A stretch of DNA of 64,000 nucleotides from Candidatus Doudnabacteria bacterium RIFCSPHIGHO2_12_FULL_48_16 (GCA_001780035.1 MFEY01000005.1:40354-104353); one strand, 5' to 3'. Shown: positions 18,984 through 28,730, counted from the first letter of the stretch. Program-made: numbers and translations. Notes: generated from the letters alone by a model not told the origin.

Positions 18984-19449
18984 AACCACATTGCGTTCCG
19001 AACGCGATGTGGCGGTAGTAGGCAGGATGCCGTAGAGCTGCAAAGAGATGGGGAGACAAGCTAAGTCCCCGTTTCTGTCAGGCGACAGCAGTTCGATCGG
19101 CATTAAAGGAGGTCACCGGGTGCAAATCTGTGTGTTCACCCTCGATTTCGTGAGCACCGTCACCAAGCGGAGTCAGGACGAGTGCACGACGAGGGAAAGG
19201 GCATCGATGGGTCGCGACCCGGACATCGACCGCGGCCAGCGAGGCCCGCCGTAGCGTAATCGGGCGCAATCCTGAACCAGAGGCGATAGAGCCGAGCTTC
19301 TGCTTCCAAAGCAAAGAAGCGACAACGTAACGGCTCAGAATGTGATCCCCGCTCTTCGGAGCGATGGAACGCATGTGTCTCTGACGACTCGCGACAGCCA
19401 ATAGGCAACAATCGGGCGCTGACTGCAATGTTGGCGCCCGTCTTCTTTT
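18984..19449 (+). ncRNA. Candidate structured RNA (possibly carrying a 44-aa ORF, 19120-19254)
   Basis: Promoter, several nested stems, terminator CGGGCGCT..GGCGCCCG-TCTTCTTTT; no long credible ORF. Confidence 0.5.
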
Positions 19450-19499
19450 GCCCGGATAATTATATTTTGCTATATTTTAAGCACAATTAACAAAAATTT

Positions 19500-20267
19500 A
19501 TGGATACAAACTTTCAAACCAACAACAGACCCGTGTTAAAAGCAATCGTAATTTTAATCGCCGTATTTTTGGCCTTAGCGGTTGTGGAGAAAGCCATAAC
19601 CCTGGCCAAGACCATTTCACCTTCCAAGCCGGACAATACGATCTCGATGACGGCCGAGGGCAAGGTCACGGGCAAACCTGACTTAGCTACGGTCAGTCTG
19701 GGCGTGCTGACACAGGCGGATACAGCCAAGGGCGCGTCGGATGAGAATAATAAAAGTATCAACAAAATCGCCGAGGCAGTGAAAAAATTGGGCATTGCCA
19801 ACGAGGACATTGTGACGTCCAACCTTAACGTTTATCCGAATTACACTTATACCAACGGCAAAAATGAGATTAACGGATATCAGGCCAACCAAAATTTGAC
19901 TATAAAAATTCACGGTGTGGACAAATCTACGGACACTCTGAACAAAGTTTTGGATGCGGCGGTATCATCGGGCAGTAACCAGATCCAGGGAGTGGGTTTG
20001 AGCTTTGATGACCCGGATAACTTAAAGCAGGAAGCCCGCAAGCAGGCAATTGATAAGGCTAAGCAAAAGGCCAAAGAACTGGCGGATCAGGCCGGCCTCC
20101 GGCTTGGCCGCATCGTCAGTATCTCAGAAAGCTCTGGTTATGATACACCCATTCCATATATGATGGACAGCAAAGCGGGCATGGGCGGCGGCGGCAGCGC
20201 TCCGGCTGTTGAAACTGGCAGCCAGGACATCACCGCGTCTATTACGGTGGTATTCGAGGTGAAATAA
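19500..20267 (+). CDS. SIMPL domain (DUF541) protein
   Basis: N-terminal TM, ISMTAEGKVTGKPDLA, ARKQAIDKAKQKA..LA..G..LGRIVSISE. Confidence 0.9.
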   Translation: MDTNFQTNNRPVLKAIVILIAVFLALAVVEKAITLAKTISPSKPDNTISMTAEGKVTGKPDLATVSLGVLTQADTAKGASDENNKSINKIAEAVKKLGIANEDIVTSNLNVYPNYTYTNGKNEINGYQANQNLTIKIHGVDKSTDTLNKVLDAAVSSGSNQIQGVGLSFDDPDNLKQEARKQAIDKAKQKAKELADQAGLRLGRIVSISESSGYDTPIPYMMDSKAGMGGGGSAPAVETGSQDITASITVVFEVK

Positions 20268-20271
20268 ATTT

Positions 20272-20424
20272 ATGAACAAGCATTACGTCTGTCCGGTGTG
20301 TGGCGGTGTTTCGTCCACGCCGAAAAATTGTGGCACCGAAGGCTGTCATGCTCATGGTCAGCCATTGGTCGAATGTCATTGCACCGATGGCCAACACGCC
20401 GGAGTAGTTAAATCGAATGGATAA
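20272..20424 (+). CDS. 50-aa Cys/His-rich putative metal-binding mini-protein (not in ORF track)
   Basis: MNKHYVCPVCGGVSSTPKNCGTEGCHAHGQPLVECHCTDGQH...; fills the gap between two operon genes and overlaps the next start. Confidence 0.75.
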   Translation: MNKHYVCPVCGGVSSTPKNCGTEGCHAHGQPLVECHCTDGQHAGVVKSNG

Positions 20425-20980
20425 TATTGAAATTGAAGTTAAATTTCTAGAGATCGACAAACCTAAACTAATTGAAAAATTAGTCTCTTTGGGCGCAAAA
20501 GATTTAGGCGAAGAAAAGATTACAGAAAAAATTTTTCATGACCCAGAAGGCAAATGGTATGCGGAACGAAAATTCGGTCGTATTCGAACCACCAGTAAGG
20601 GCGTCACGTTTACTTATAAGCACGTGAAAGAGCGGACCGCTACGGGGACAACTGAAATTGAATTTAAAATTACTGAGCCGGACAAGGTCAAAGCTTTTTT
20701 GGAAGCGATGGGGCTGGTTATGGATCGCGAGCAAGAAAAGATCCGCCATAAATTTACGTTGGCTGATGTAATTGTCGATATCGACACTTGGCCTCGAGTG
20801 CCAACTTATGTGGAACTTGAAGGGCTGAGCGAGGAGGCAATTAAATCAGCTGCGGCTAACTTGGGCTTTGATTGGGGCAAAGCAGTATTTGGCACGGCAG
20901 ATACGGTTATCCGGGAAGTTTATAAAATCGATTTAAAGGCAATTAGGCACTTCACGTTTGACTTTGGGAATAAATCATAA
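20417..20980 (+). CDS. CYTH domain protein (class IV adenylate cyclase-like)
   Basis: EIEVK N-terminal ExExK motif, RIR, EKIR, YVELEG. Confidence 0.88.
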   Translation: MDNIEIEVKFLEIDKPKLIEKLVSLGAKDLGEEKITEKIFHDPEGKWYAERKFGRIRTTSKGVTFTYKHVKERTATGTTEIEFKITEPDKVKAFLEAMGLVMDREQEKIRHKFTLADVIVDIDTWPRVPTYVELEGLSEEAIKSAAANLGFDWGKAVFGTADTVIREVYKIDLKAIRHFTFDFGNKS

Positions 20981-21030
20981 GAAAAAAACAGCGGCTGCAG
21001 ATGCCGCTGTTTTTGTGCTAGAATTCAGAT

Positions 21031-21303
21031 ATGAAGCACGTCAATCTAAAAATTGTCGGATTTGTGCAAGGAGTGAATTTTCGCAACGAAGCCAAAATTA
21101 TGGCGGATAGGCTGGGCGTGTGTGGTTTTGCCCAAAATGGCCCGGACGATTCAGTGCTGATTGAAGCGGAAGGGGACGAGGCCCGGTTGCAAGAGTTTAT
21201 CAAATGGTGCGGGAACGGCCCGTTTGGCGGCGAAGTCGATGATGTGCAAATTGAAGAATCAGCGCCAAAAGGTTATCATAACTTTGAGATTAGATATCAT
21301 TAA
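21031..21303 (+). CDS. acyP: Acylphosphatase
   Basis: GFVQGVNFR, G..QN..D.SV.IEAEG. Confidence 0.92.
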   Translation: MKHVNLKIVGFVQGVNFRNEAKIMADRLGVCGFAQNGPDDSVLIEAEGDEARLQEFIKWCGNGPFGGEVDDVQIEESAPKGYHNFEIRYH

Positions 21304-21314
21304 TTTTTTACATT

Positions 21315-21752
21315 ATGAAAATCAGCAGCCCGGCTTTTGAAAACAGCTCCATGACGCCGAAAAAATATACGTGCTCGGCCGAAAATGTAAACCCGCCGCT
21401 GCGATTCGCGGATATTCCGGCTGGCGCCAAAAGCCTGGCTTTGATTATGGATGATCCGGACGCGCCAGCCGGAACTTATACACATTGGGTGGTCTGGAAT
21501 ATTCCGCCGAAAACTGTGGCAATTGACGAAAATAGCATGCCGCCCGGAACAGTGGGCAAAAACAGCGCTGGTACCACAACCTATATCGGCCCGTGTCCGC
21601 CTAGCGGCACGCATCGATATTTTTTTAAATTATACGCGCTTGATCTGGTTTTGTCTGAGGACGGAATTGAAACTAGGGCTGATCTGGAACAAGCAATGCA
21701 GAATCATATTTTGGCTGAGGATCAATTAAGGGGGTTATTTAAAAAATCATGA
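21315..21752 (+). CDS. YbhB/YbcL (PEBP) family protein
   Basis: DDPDAP, THWVVWNI, GPCPPSGTHRYFF. Confidence 0.93.
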   Translation: MKISSPAFENSSMTPKKYTCSAENVNPPLRFADIPAGAKSLALIMDDPDAPAGTYTHWVVWNIPPKTVAIDENSMPPGTVGKNSAGTTTYIGPCPPSGTHRYFFKLYALDLVLSEDGIETRADLEQAMQNHILAEDQLRGLFKKS

Positions 21753-22078
21753 AACTGGCGCAGAAACGTTGTATCCCGTGCGAAGGCGGCATTCCGCCGT
21801 TTGGTAAAAAGCAAATCGCCAAATATTTGCCGCAATTGCCCAAAGGCTGGTCGGTGATTGATGATAAAAAGCTCCGAAAGCGGTTTCAGTTCAAAAATTT
21901 CGTGGACACCATGGGTTTTGTAAATAAAATTGCCCTGATCGCCCAGGCGGAAGATCACCACCCAGATATGCAGATCTCTTACAGTAAAGTTGCGGTGGAA
22001 CTTTGGACGCATGCCAACGATGGACTCACTGAGAATGATTTTATTTTGGCCGCGAAAATTGACCAACTGAACGTTTGA
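21749..22078 (+). CDS. phhB: Pterin-4-alpha-carbinolamine dehydratase
   Basis: AEDHHPD, WTH..GLTENDFILAAKID. Confidence 0.92.
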   Translation: MKLAQKRCIPCEGGIPPFGKKQIAKYLPQLPKGWSVIDDKKLRKRFQFKNFVDTMGFVNKIALIAQAEDHHPDMQISYSKVAVELWTHANDGLTENDFILAAKIDQLNV

Positions 22079-22079
22079 T

Positions 22080-22727
22080 ATGAAAATCACGAAATATGGC
22101 CATTGTTGTTTATTGATAGAAGAGAGCGGGGTTAGAATCTTGACCGATCCCGGAGCTTTTAGCATTGAGAGCGGCCAAAAGGATGTCAAAAATGTCGACA
22201 TTGTCTTAATTACGCATGAACACCAGGATCACTTGCACATCGATTCGGTCAAGGCCCTGCTTACTAACAATCCGGGAGTTAAAATTTTTACCAATGAGTC
22301 TGTCGGCAAGCTGCTGGCGAAAGAATCATTACCCTATGAACTTCTCGCTCACGGCCAGTCCTATAATTTTAAGGGAGTGAATATTGAAGGGCATGGGGAT
22401 AAGCATGCGGTGATCTATCAAGATTATGGCCAAGTGGAAAACACGGGTTTTTTGGTGGCCGATAAATTGTTCTATCCGGGAGACGCCTTTTATAATCCGC
22501 AAAAACCCGTGGAAATTTTGGCTCTGCCGATTGCCGGGCCTTGGCTTAAGGCTCAAGATGCGATTGATTATGCCAAAGCCGTCAAACCAAAAAAAGCATT
22601 TCCAGTCCACGATGCGATTGTCAATATCCCGATCAGCGGTTTTTTGTATAATTTATACGGCATGTTTTTAAAAGCGGACGGGATAGAGTTCATTGACACT
22701 ACAAAAAATAATATTATTGAAATCTAA
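22080..22727 (+). CDS. Metallo-beta-lactamase fold hydrolase
   Basis: THEHQDH, GD, PVH motifs. Confidence 0.9.
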   Translation: MKITKYGHCCLLIEESGVRILTDPGAFSIESGQKDVKNVDIVLITHEHQDHLHIDSVKALLTNNPGVKIFTNESVGKLLAKESLPYELLAHGQSYNFKGVNIEGHGDKHAVIYQDYGQVENTGFLVADKLFYPGDAFYNPQKPVEILALPIAGPWLKAQDAIDYAKAVKPKKAFPVHDAIVNIPISGFLYNLYGMFLKADGIEFIDTTKNNIIEI

Positions 22728-23920
22728 TGAAAATATTTCTTAAAAATCTGGTCGTAGTGGCTGCGGGCGTCGCCATTTTATACGGCATTTATTTTTATCA
22801 GGTTAACTTGCGGGGTGAGGTTCCAGCTGCTCCGAAAACATCAGATAATGGCGGGAACATAAATAAGCCGGGCGAAAACCTGACCAAGATGCCTCTTAAG
22901 GTTCCGGATAATTTTAAAATCGAAATCTTTGCCGATAAATTGCCCGGCGCCCGGGTCATGGCTTTCGATGGATTTGGCAATTTATGGGTCTCTCGAACCT
23001 CGGCCGGGGTGGTTACCATGTTGGAAATAAAGAGTGGCAAAGTCGTTTCGCAAAACGACGTGCTGCGCAAACTGAATAATCCGCACGGTTTGGCGTTTGA
23101 TCCTCAAAATTCCGGCGCGCTGTATTTCGCCCAGGAGGGAAAAATTACCCGAATTGCGACTTATTCCGATGACAAAGGCACGAAAATTGCCGACCTGCCC
23201 GCAGGTGGCGGGCATTTTACTAGAACGCTGAAGTTTGGCCCGGACGGGAGGCTGTATGTTTCCATTGGCTCTTCCTGCAACGTTTGTGAAGAGAAAGATG
23301 ACCGCCGGGCCGCGATTTATTCCATGAAGCCCGATGGCAGTGATTTTAAGCAATTCGCCAGTGGCCTGCGCAACACCGTTTTCTTTGATTGGAGTTATGT
23401 CGATGGCCGGATGTGGGGCACGGATATGGGCCGGGACAATCTGGGGGATAACACCCCGCCCGACGAGATCAACATTCTGGAAGAAGGCAAAAATTACGGC
23501 TGGCCGATTTGTTATGCGCAAAATGTTCACGATACCGCTTTTGATAAAAAGGTTTATATCCAAGACCCGTGTAACGGCAAAACCCCGCCCGCAATTGAGT
23601 TGCAGGCTCACTCTGCCCCGCTGGGATTGGGATTTGTTCCGGAGGAAGGCTGGCCGGAGGAGTATTGGTATGATTTGATTGTGGCTTTCCACGGATCTTG
23701 GAACCGGAGCGAACCTACCGGTTACAAACTGATGAGGGTCAAGCTCGACGCCAAAGCTAATTTTGAAGGTCTGGAAGATTTTATTTCCGGTTGGTTTTCC
23801 CAAGGCACGGCCTTGGGCCGTCCTGTGGATGTTTTGATTCAGCCGGGCGGCGTCATGTATGTCTCCGATGACAAGGCTGGCGTGATTTATAAAATTAATT
23901 ATCAAGGCCGTGGAAATTAA
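22727..23920 (+). CDS. Glucose/sorbosone (PQQ-type) dehydrogenase family beta-propeller
   Basis: PHGLAF, HFTR, GLRN, HSAPLG, HGSWNR, GRPVDV. Confidence 0.9.
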   Translation: MKIFLKNLVVVAAGVAILYGIYFYQVNLRGEVPAAPKTSDNGGNINKPGENLTKMPLKVPDNFKIEIFADKLPGARVMAFDGFGNLWVSRTSAGVVTMLEIKSGKVVSQNDVLRKLNNPHGLAFDPQNSGALYFAQEGKITRIATYSDDKGTKIADLPAGGGHFTRTLKFGPDGRLYVSIGSSCNVCEEKDDRRAAIYSMKPDGSDFKQFASGLRNTVFFDWSYVDGRMWGTDMGRDNLGDNTPPDEINILEEGKNYGWPICYAQNVHDTAFDKKVYIQDPCNGKTPPAIELQAHSAPLGLGFVPEEGWPEEYWYDLIVAFHGSWNRSEPTGYKLMRVKLDAKANFEGLEDFISGWFSQGTALGRPVDVLIQPGGVMYVSDDKAGVIYKINYQGRGN

Positions 23921-24620
23921 AAATAAGGTGTTCATTGTGACCGGGGCGGCAAGGATTGGCTTGGATGTGGCTCAGGGCCTTTTGAAGAATGAAGCGAAAC
24001 TGGCAGTGACTTATATGACAAGCGAGCCGGATCTGGGGCAGGAAATTTTGTATATCAAGGCGGATTTAACTGCGGAAGCGGACGTTAAAAATGTCATTGC
24101 GGAAACCCTAAAAAAATACGGCCATGTTGACGGCCTGATTCATATGGCGGCCAATTATATAAGGACTACTTGGGCCGAACTCAACGATGAAACATGGAAT
24201 AAGTCGATGCGGCCGATTGCCAGAAGCGCATTTTTGATGTCAAAGGCCGTCGGGGATCAACTCTTGAAAAATCCGGGAGATATAAAGGGCAAAATAATTT
24301 TATTCTCGGATTGGTCGGTACAATCGCAGCCCTACAAAGATTATTTGCCCTACAATGTGGCCAAAAGCGCTGTGGAGGGCTTGACTAAATCGCTGGCCAA
24401 GGAGCTGGCGCCCGGGGTCATGGTCAACTGCATCGCGCCCGGGCCAATATTAAAACCGGCGGATTTGCCGGATGTGGAAAATGCGGAAGCACTGCGCAAT
24501 ACTCCTCTTGGGCGCTGGGGCGGAGCCTATGAAATTACCAAAGCCGTATTGTTCTTGATTGATTCGGATTTTGTGACCGGCCAAGTGCTGGCGGTCGACG
24601 GCGGCCGTTCCCTGGCATGA
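23910..24620 (+). CDS. SDR oxidoreductase, pteridine reductase (FolM/PTR1)-like
   Basis: TGAARIG, YNVAK catalytic YxxxK, VNCIAPG, VDGG. Confidence 0.82.
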   Translation: MEIKNKVFIVTGAARIGLDVAQGLLKNEAKLAVTYMTSEPDLGQEILYIKADLTAEADVKNVIAETLKKYGHVDGLIHMAANYIRTTWAELNDETWNKSMRPIARSAFLMSKAVGDQLLKNPGDIKGKIILFSDWSVQSQPYKDYLPYNVAKSAVEGLTKSLAKELAPGVMVNCIAPGPILKPADLPDVENAEALRNTPLGRWGGAYEITKAVLFLIDSDFVTGQVLAVDGGRSLA

Positions 24621-24668
24621 GAATTACCTCTGTTTTGTGCGATCGTCAAAAATAGAGGTAAAATAAAA

Positions 24669-25640
24669 TCAGAGAAACAGCTTGTTATTCAAGCTTTGCA
24701 GGCCGTTAAGGTAATCCTTACCGGTCATTTCGTTTTTGCCTTCCGGTTTGACTTTTTTGAGCAGTAACGAGTTATCGACGCATTTAACGGCCAACCCTTC
24801 GCCGGTGCCGTAAAGTTTGCCGGGCAGTTCGATTTTGTGATCGCTGATAATTTCAACTTCCAGGATTTTTACAAGTTTGCCGCCCAAGGTCGTCCAGGTT
24901 CCGGGCTCCGGGTTGTAGGCGCGGATCTTGCGGTCAATTTCTGCGGCGGATCGGGCCCAATCGATTTTCCCGTCGTCCCGAGTGAGCATTTTGGTGTAGC
25001 TGGCTTCTAGGTGATTTTGAGGTTGACGGGACAGCCGGCCGGCGACTAAATTAGTCAGCGCTTCGCTGACTAATTCGGCTGACAAGAGTGAGAGCGAATG
25101 ATAAAGCTCCGGCAAGGTTTCTCGACCGGTCAGGGCCATAGTTCGGATAGCCAAAATATCGCCATGATCCATTTTTTCATCCATCTGGATCAGAGTTATC
25201 CCGGCGCTTTTGTCGCCATTGAGAATAGTCGCCTGGATCGGCGTCGCGCCCCGGTATTTGGGCAGCACGGAGCCGTGAATATTGATCGAGCCAAATTTGG
25301 GCAGATCAAGAATTGCCTGGGGGAGAATCTGACCGTAAGCCGCAACCAATAAAAGATCAGGACTTAAATTAGAAATTATAGATTTTAAATTATAAATTTT
25401 TTCAGGCTGCTCAACCGGTATGCCGTTCTTTAGGGCCCAAACTTTAATCGGCGGGGGAGTAAGTCTCCTGTCCCGGCCGGCGGGCTTGTCCGGCTGGGTA
25501 ATGATTAAAACAATTTCAAAAGGAGTTTTTCCGCCGGAGGCGCCCGCCTGCCCGGCCGGCAGGGATCCGCCTTTGGCGGAGAGTTTTTCCAGGGTCGGGA
25601 TGCCGAATTCAGTTGTGCCGGCGAATATGATTTTTAGCAT
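24669..25640 (-). CDS. fmt: Methionyl-tRNA formyltransferase
   Basis: FAGT, TQPDKPAGR, AYGQIL, NIHGSVLPKYRGA, MDHGD; adjacent to def. Confidence 0.96.
   Translation of the reverse strand: MLKIIFAGTTEFGIPTLEKLSAKGGSLPAGQAGASGGKTPFEIVLIITQPDKPAGRDRRLTPPPIKVWALKNGIPVEQPEKIYNLKSIISNLSPDLLLVAAYGQILPQAILDLPKFGSINIHGSVLPKYRGATPIQATILNGDKSAGITLIQMDEKMDHGDILAIRTMALTGRETLPELYHSLSLLSAELVSEALTNLVAGRLSRQPQNHLEASYTKMLTRDDGKIDWARSAAEIDRKIRAYNPEPGTWTTLGGKLVKILEVEIISDHKIELPGKLYGTGEGLAVKCVDNSLLLKKVKPEGKNEMTGKDYLNGLQSLNNKLFL
25530..25580. repeat. Nested palindromic insert in frame in fmt
   Basis: TCCGCC-TTT-GGCGGA type element with an internal CCTGCC..GGCAGG palindrome; 51 nt, SAKGGSLPAGQAGASGG. Confidence 0.85.
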
Positions 25641-25641
25641 G

Positions 25642-26118
25642 TTACATCTTCTCATCCGGTTTGCCGGACGTTTTTCTGATAATCTTGCTCGTAAATAAAA
25701 TTCCGTCCAGATGATCGACTTCGTGCTGGATCACTCGGGAGAGCATGCCGTCGGCATCGAATTTATGTTTTTTACCGTCGAGATTTTGCGCCTCGACCGT
25801 GATCTCAACCGGGCGTTTCACAATTCCGAAGATTCCGGGGATCGACAGGCAGCCTTCCTCCAGCTCCACTTTTTTCCAGGATTTTGTGACAATTTTTGGG
25901 TTGACCAGGGCAAAGGGCGGCAGGCCGAGGTGTTCGAGGTTGATAATGCAAAATCGGATGGATTTGCCGATCTGCGGGGCGGCCAGGCCGATGCCGTTGA
26001 CCACGCGGGAGGTTTTGATCATTTCATCGGCGAGTTTAACCAGCTCGTCATCGATCTTTTTAACGAGAGTGGTTTTCTTATTTAGGATCGGATTTGGGGC
26101 TTGGACTATTTTCAGCAT
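25642..26118 (-). CDS. def: Peptide deformylase
   Basis: GIGLAAPQ, EGCLS, QHEVDHLDG. Confidence 0.97.
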   Translation of the reverse strand: MLKIVQAPNPILNKKTTLVKKIDDELVKLADEMIKTSRVVNGIGLAAPQIGKSIRFCIINLEHLGLPPFALVNPKIVTKSWKKVELEEGCLSIPGIFGIVKRPVEITVEAQNLDGKKHKFDADGMLSRVIQHEVDHLDGILFTSKIIRKTSGKPDEKM

Positions 26119-26386
26119 CTTTGTTGAGACCCTGACTTTCGTCAGGATTGCGGTTCTTTTTTAATAAATATGCGAATAAAGCGCCTGGTTTCCTGGTCGT
26201 TTTACTCTCTAGCACCTCACCGGCAATGCGCCGCAGAAAACCGTGATCGTGCGTCAACGCCAGTTTCAGATAAAATCCGAAATGACGCTTGTCTGAAAAT
26301 TTATTCGAAAGCTCGTCTGCCAAAGCGTGGGCAGGGGAGTGGATGTGTTGCTCCGCATGTTTTTTGAACTGACGCTTTATATCCAT
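26078..26386 (-). CDS. Hypothetical protein
   Basis: 102-aa ORF co-oriented with and overlapping def start. Confidence 0.65.
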   Translation of the reverse strand: MDIKRQFKKHAEQHIHSPAHALADELSNKFSDKRHFGFYLKLALTHDHGFLRRIAGEVLESKTTRKPGALFAYLLKKNRNPDESQGLNKDAENSPSPKSDPK

Positions 26387-26422
26387 AGTAAATTTCTCAG
26401 AAAGCTATGCTATAATTCTACC

Positions 26423-27217
26423 ATGAAAAGCAGTATTGCGGGAGTTCTGGTGGATAATATAACCAAGCACGAGGCGATTGAAGCAATCGATAATTTTGTA
26501 AAATCCGGACAACCGCACAGCGTTGTGACTCCATACTCAGAGCTGATTGTTTGGGCGCTAGATAATTCCAGCTATAGAAATATTCTTAATAATGCGGATT
26601 TGTCCCTGCCCGATGGCGTCGGCATACTTTGGGCGGCTAAATATCTGTCCTCTCCGAAAGTCGGCTTATGGCGCTCGCTCTTGTCCATTATTTTTGACCG
26701 GCCATATATCCGTTCGGTCATTCAGGAACAAATCAGCGGCAGCCGGTTTATTTATGACATCGCAGAATTGGCCGAAGAAAAAAACTACTCGCTAAGCCTG
26801 GTCGGCGGCTCTGGTAACGTGGCGGCGCAGTCAGCTTATGAACTCAAAAAACTTTTTTCTAACCTGAATATCAAACTGGCGCTGTCTGGTCGGCCGTTTG
26901 ACGCCAAGATCGTCGAAGAGATTAGCCGGAGCAATTCTGATATACTGTTGATAGCTTACTCGCCGCCCAAGCAGGAAATCTGGCTGAGCCAAAACCTGCC
27001 CGATCTGAATGTTCGGGTAGCCATGGGAGTGGGTGGCAGCTTTGACTATATCGCCAAAAAACACCCAGTTGCACCTTCCTGGGCCAAATCCTGGGGCTTG
27101 GAATGGTTTTGGCGGCTGATCACTCAGCCCTGGCGCCTTAAGCGCATTTGGAACGCCGTCCCGATGTTTATTTGGAAAATTTATAAGTATAAAAAATATG
27201 CCCGAAGTTCGAACTAG
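26423..27217 (+). CDS. WecB/TagA/CpsF family glycosyltransferase
   Basis: PDGVG, PKQEIW, GVGGSFD, AP.W...GLEWFWRL..P.R; leaderless-type start at 26423. Confidence 0.92.
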   Translation: MKSSIAGVLVDNITKHEAIEAIDNFVKSGQPHSVVTPYSELIVWALDNSSYRNILNNADLSLPDGVGILWAAKYLSSPKVGLWRSLLSIIFDRPYIRSVIQEQISGSRFIYDIAELAEEKNYSLSLVGGSGNVAAQSAYELKKLFSNLNIKLALSGRPFDAKIVEEISRSNSDILLIAYSPPKQEIWLSQNLPDLNVRVAMGVGGSFDYIAKKHPVAPSWAKSWGLEWFWRLITQPWRLKRIWNAVPMFIWKIYKYKKYARSSN

Positions 27218-28730
27218 ATTTGCGCCGAGTCCGACAGGTTTTTTGCATATTGGTGGCATCCGCACCGCGCTTTACGAATTTCTTTGGGCGCGCAAAAATA
27301 ATGGCAAGTATCTCCTGCGCATCGAGGACACAGATCGCCAGCGGCTCGTGCCCGGATCGCTGGAGAATATTGTGCAAAGTTTGGAGACTCTGAGAATCGT
27401 CAGCGATGAGGGGCCGTATTGGGACAAGGGCCTCAAATTTCGCGGTGAGTTCGGGCCCTACATCCAATCCGAGCGGCTGCCAATTTATCAAAAATATGCC
27501 CAAGAGTTGATTGAAAAAAAAGCGGCTTACTATTGTTTCTGCTCGAGCGAGCGGCTGGATAAACTGCGTGAAGAACAGCAGGCCCAGAAACTGCCGCCGA
27601 AATACGACAAACTCTGTCTGAAATTGTCATCAGAAGAGGTTAGCAGTAAGCTAGCCGCGAAGGAAGCGCATGTCATCCGCCTGAACGTGCCGAGTGATCG
27701 GATAATTAAATTTCATGATCATATACACGGCGATATTGAGATTCCGAGCAAGGATGTAGATGACCAGGTGCTACTCAAGTCGGACGGATTTCCCACGTAT
27801 CACTTGGCGGTTGTCGTGGACGATTATTCGATGAAAATTTCCCACGTGATCCGAGCGGATGAGTGGATTGCTTCCACCCCCAAGCACATTCTCTTGTATG
27901 AAGCTTTTGGCTGGCCACTGCCAGTGTTTGTGCACTTGCCGGCGATCTTGTCCCAAGCGACCGGGAAGAAACTTTCGAAACGCGAGGGAGATGTCTCGGT
28001 TAAGGATTTTTTAGACAAAGGTTATCTGCCTGAAGCGTTGATAAATTTTTTGGCCCTGCTTGGCTGGAATCCGAAAACGGAGCAGGAGATTTTCAATATG
28101 CGTGAATTGGTCGCAGAATTTTCCCTTGATAAGCTCAATAAATCCGGTGCTGTGTTTGATTTGGACAAATTGGACTGGTTTAACAGCATGTATATCCGAG
28201 CTCTTAAAATTGAGGACTTGTTTGCCAGACTGGTTCCATATTTGGTCAAGGCCGGAATTCAAACCGAAAAATATCCGAAAGAGTTTCTAGAAAAGATTTT
28301 ACTGCTCGAACAAAGCCGGCTTAAAAAACTCTCCGAGATAGGGGAGAGGGTCAAATACTTTTTCGAGGAGCCGCAATACGAGCCCGGACTTTTGTGCCCG
28401 CCTGCGCGCAAGGCTTCGGCGGGTCCGCCTCCGGCGGAGAAAAAATCAGAAAAAGAGACAATTCTCAAAAATTTGAATTCACTGCAGATTTTTCTGCAAA
28501 CATTGTCCGCCGAGAAGTTTGCGCAAAAAGACATTGAAGCAGAGATCAAAAATTTTATTGAGAGCAACCAATTAAAAACCGGAGAAGTGCTCTGGCCGTT
28601 GCGCGTGGCTCTGTGTGGCCTGGAAGCCTCGCCTGGGCCGTTTGAAATCATTGACGCGTTCGCCAGTCTGCCCGATGGCAAAGAACAGGTGCTTAAGCGC
28701 ATCAGCCGGGCGTCGGAAATGCTGTTTTAA
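27198..28730 (+). CDS. gltX: Glutamate--tRNA ligase
   Basis: RFAPSPTG, HIGG, KKLSKR. Confidence 0.97.
   Translation: MPEVRTRFAPSPTGFLHIGGIRTALYEFLWARKNNGKYLLRIEDTDRQRLVPGSLENIVQSLETLRIVSDEGPYWDKGLKFRGEFGPYIQSERLPIYQKYAQELIEKKAAYYCFCSSERLDKLREEQQAQKLPPKYDKLCLKLSSEEVSSKLAAKEAHVIRLNVPSDRIIKFHDHIHGDIEIPSKDVDDQVLLKSDGFPTYHLAVVVDDYSMKISHVIRADEWIASTPKHILLYEAFGWPLPVFVHLPAILSQATGKKLSKREGDVSVKDFLDKGYLPEALINFLALLGWNPKTEQEIFNMRELVAEFSLDKLNKSGAVFDLDKLDWFNSMYIRALKIEDLFARLVPYLVKAGIQTEKYPKEFLEKILLLEQSRLKKLSEIGERVKYFFEEPQYEPGLLCPPARKASAGPPPAEKKSEKETILKNLNSLQIFLQTLSAEKFAQKDIEAEIKNFIESNQLKTGEVLWPLRVALCGLEASPGPFEIIDAFASLPDGKEQVLKRISRASEMLF
28397..28438. repeat. Palindromic inserts in frame in gltX
   Basis: CCCGCC..GGCGGG followed by TCCGCC-TCC-GGCGGA; 42 nt, PPARKASAGPPPAE. 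Confidence 0.85.
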
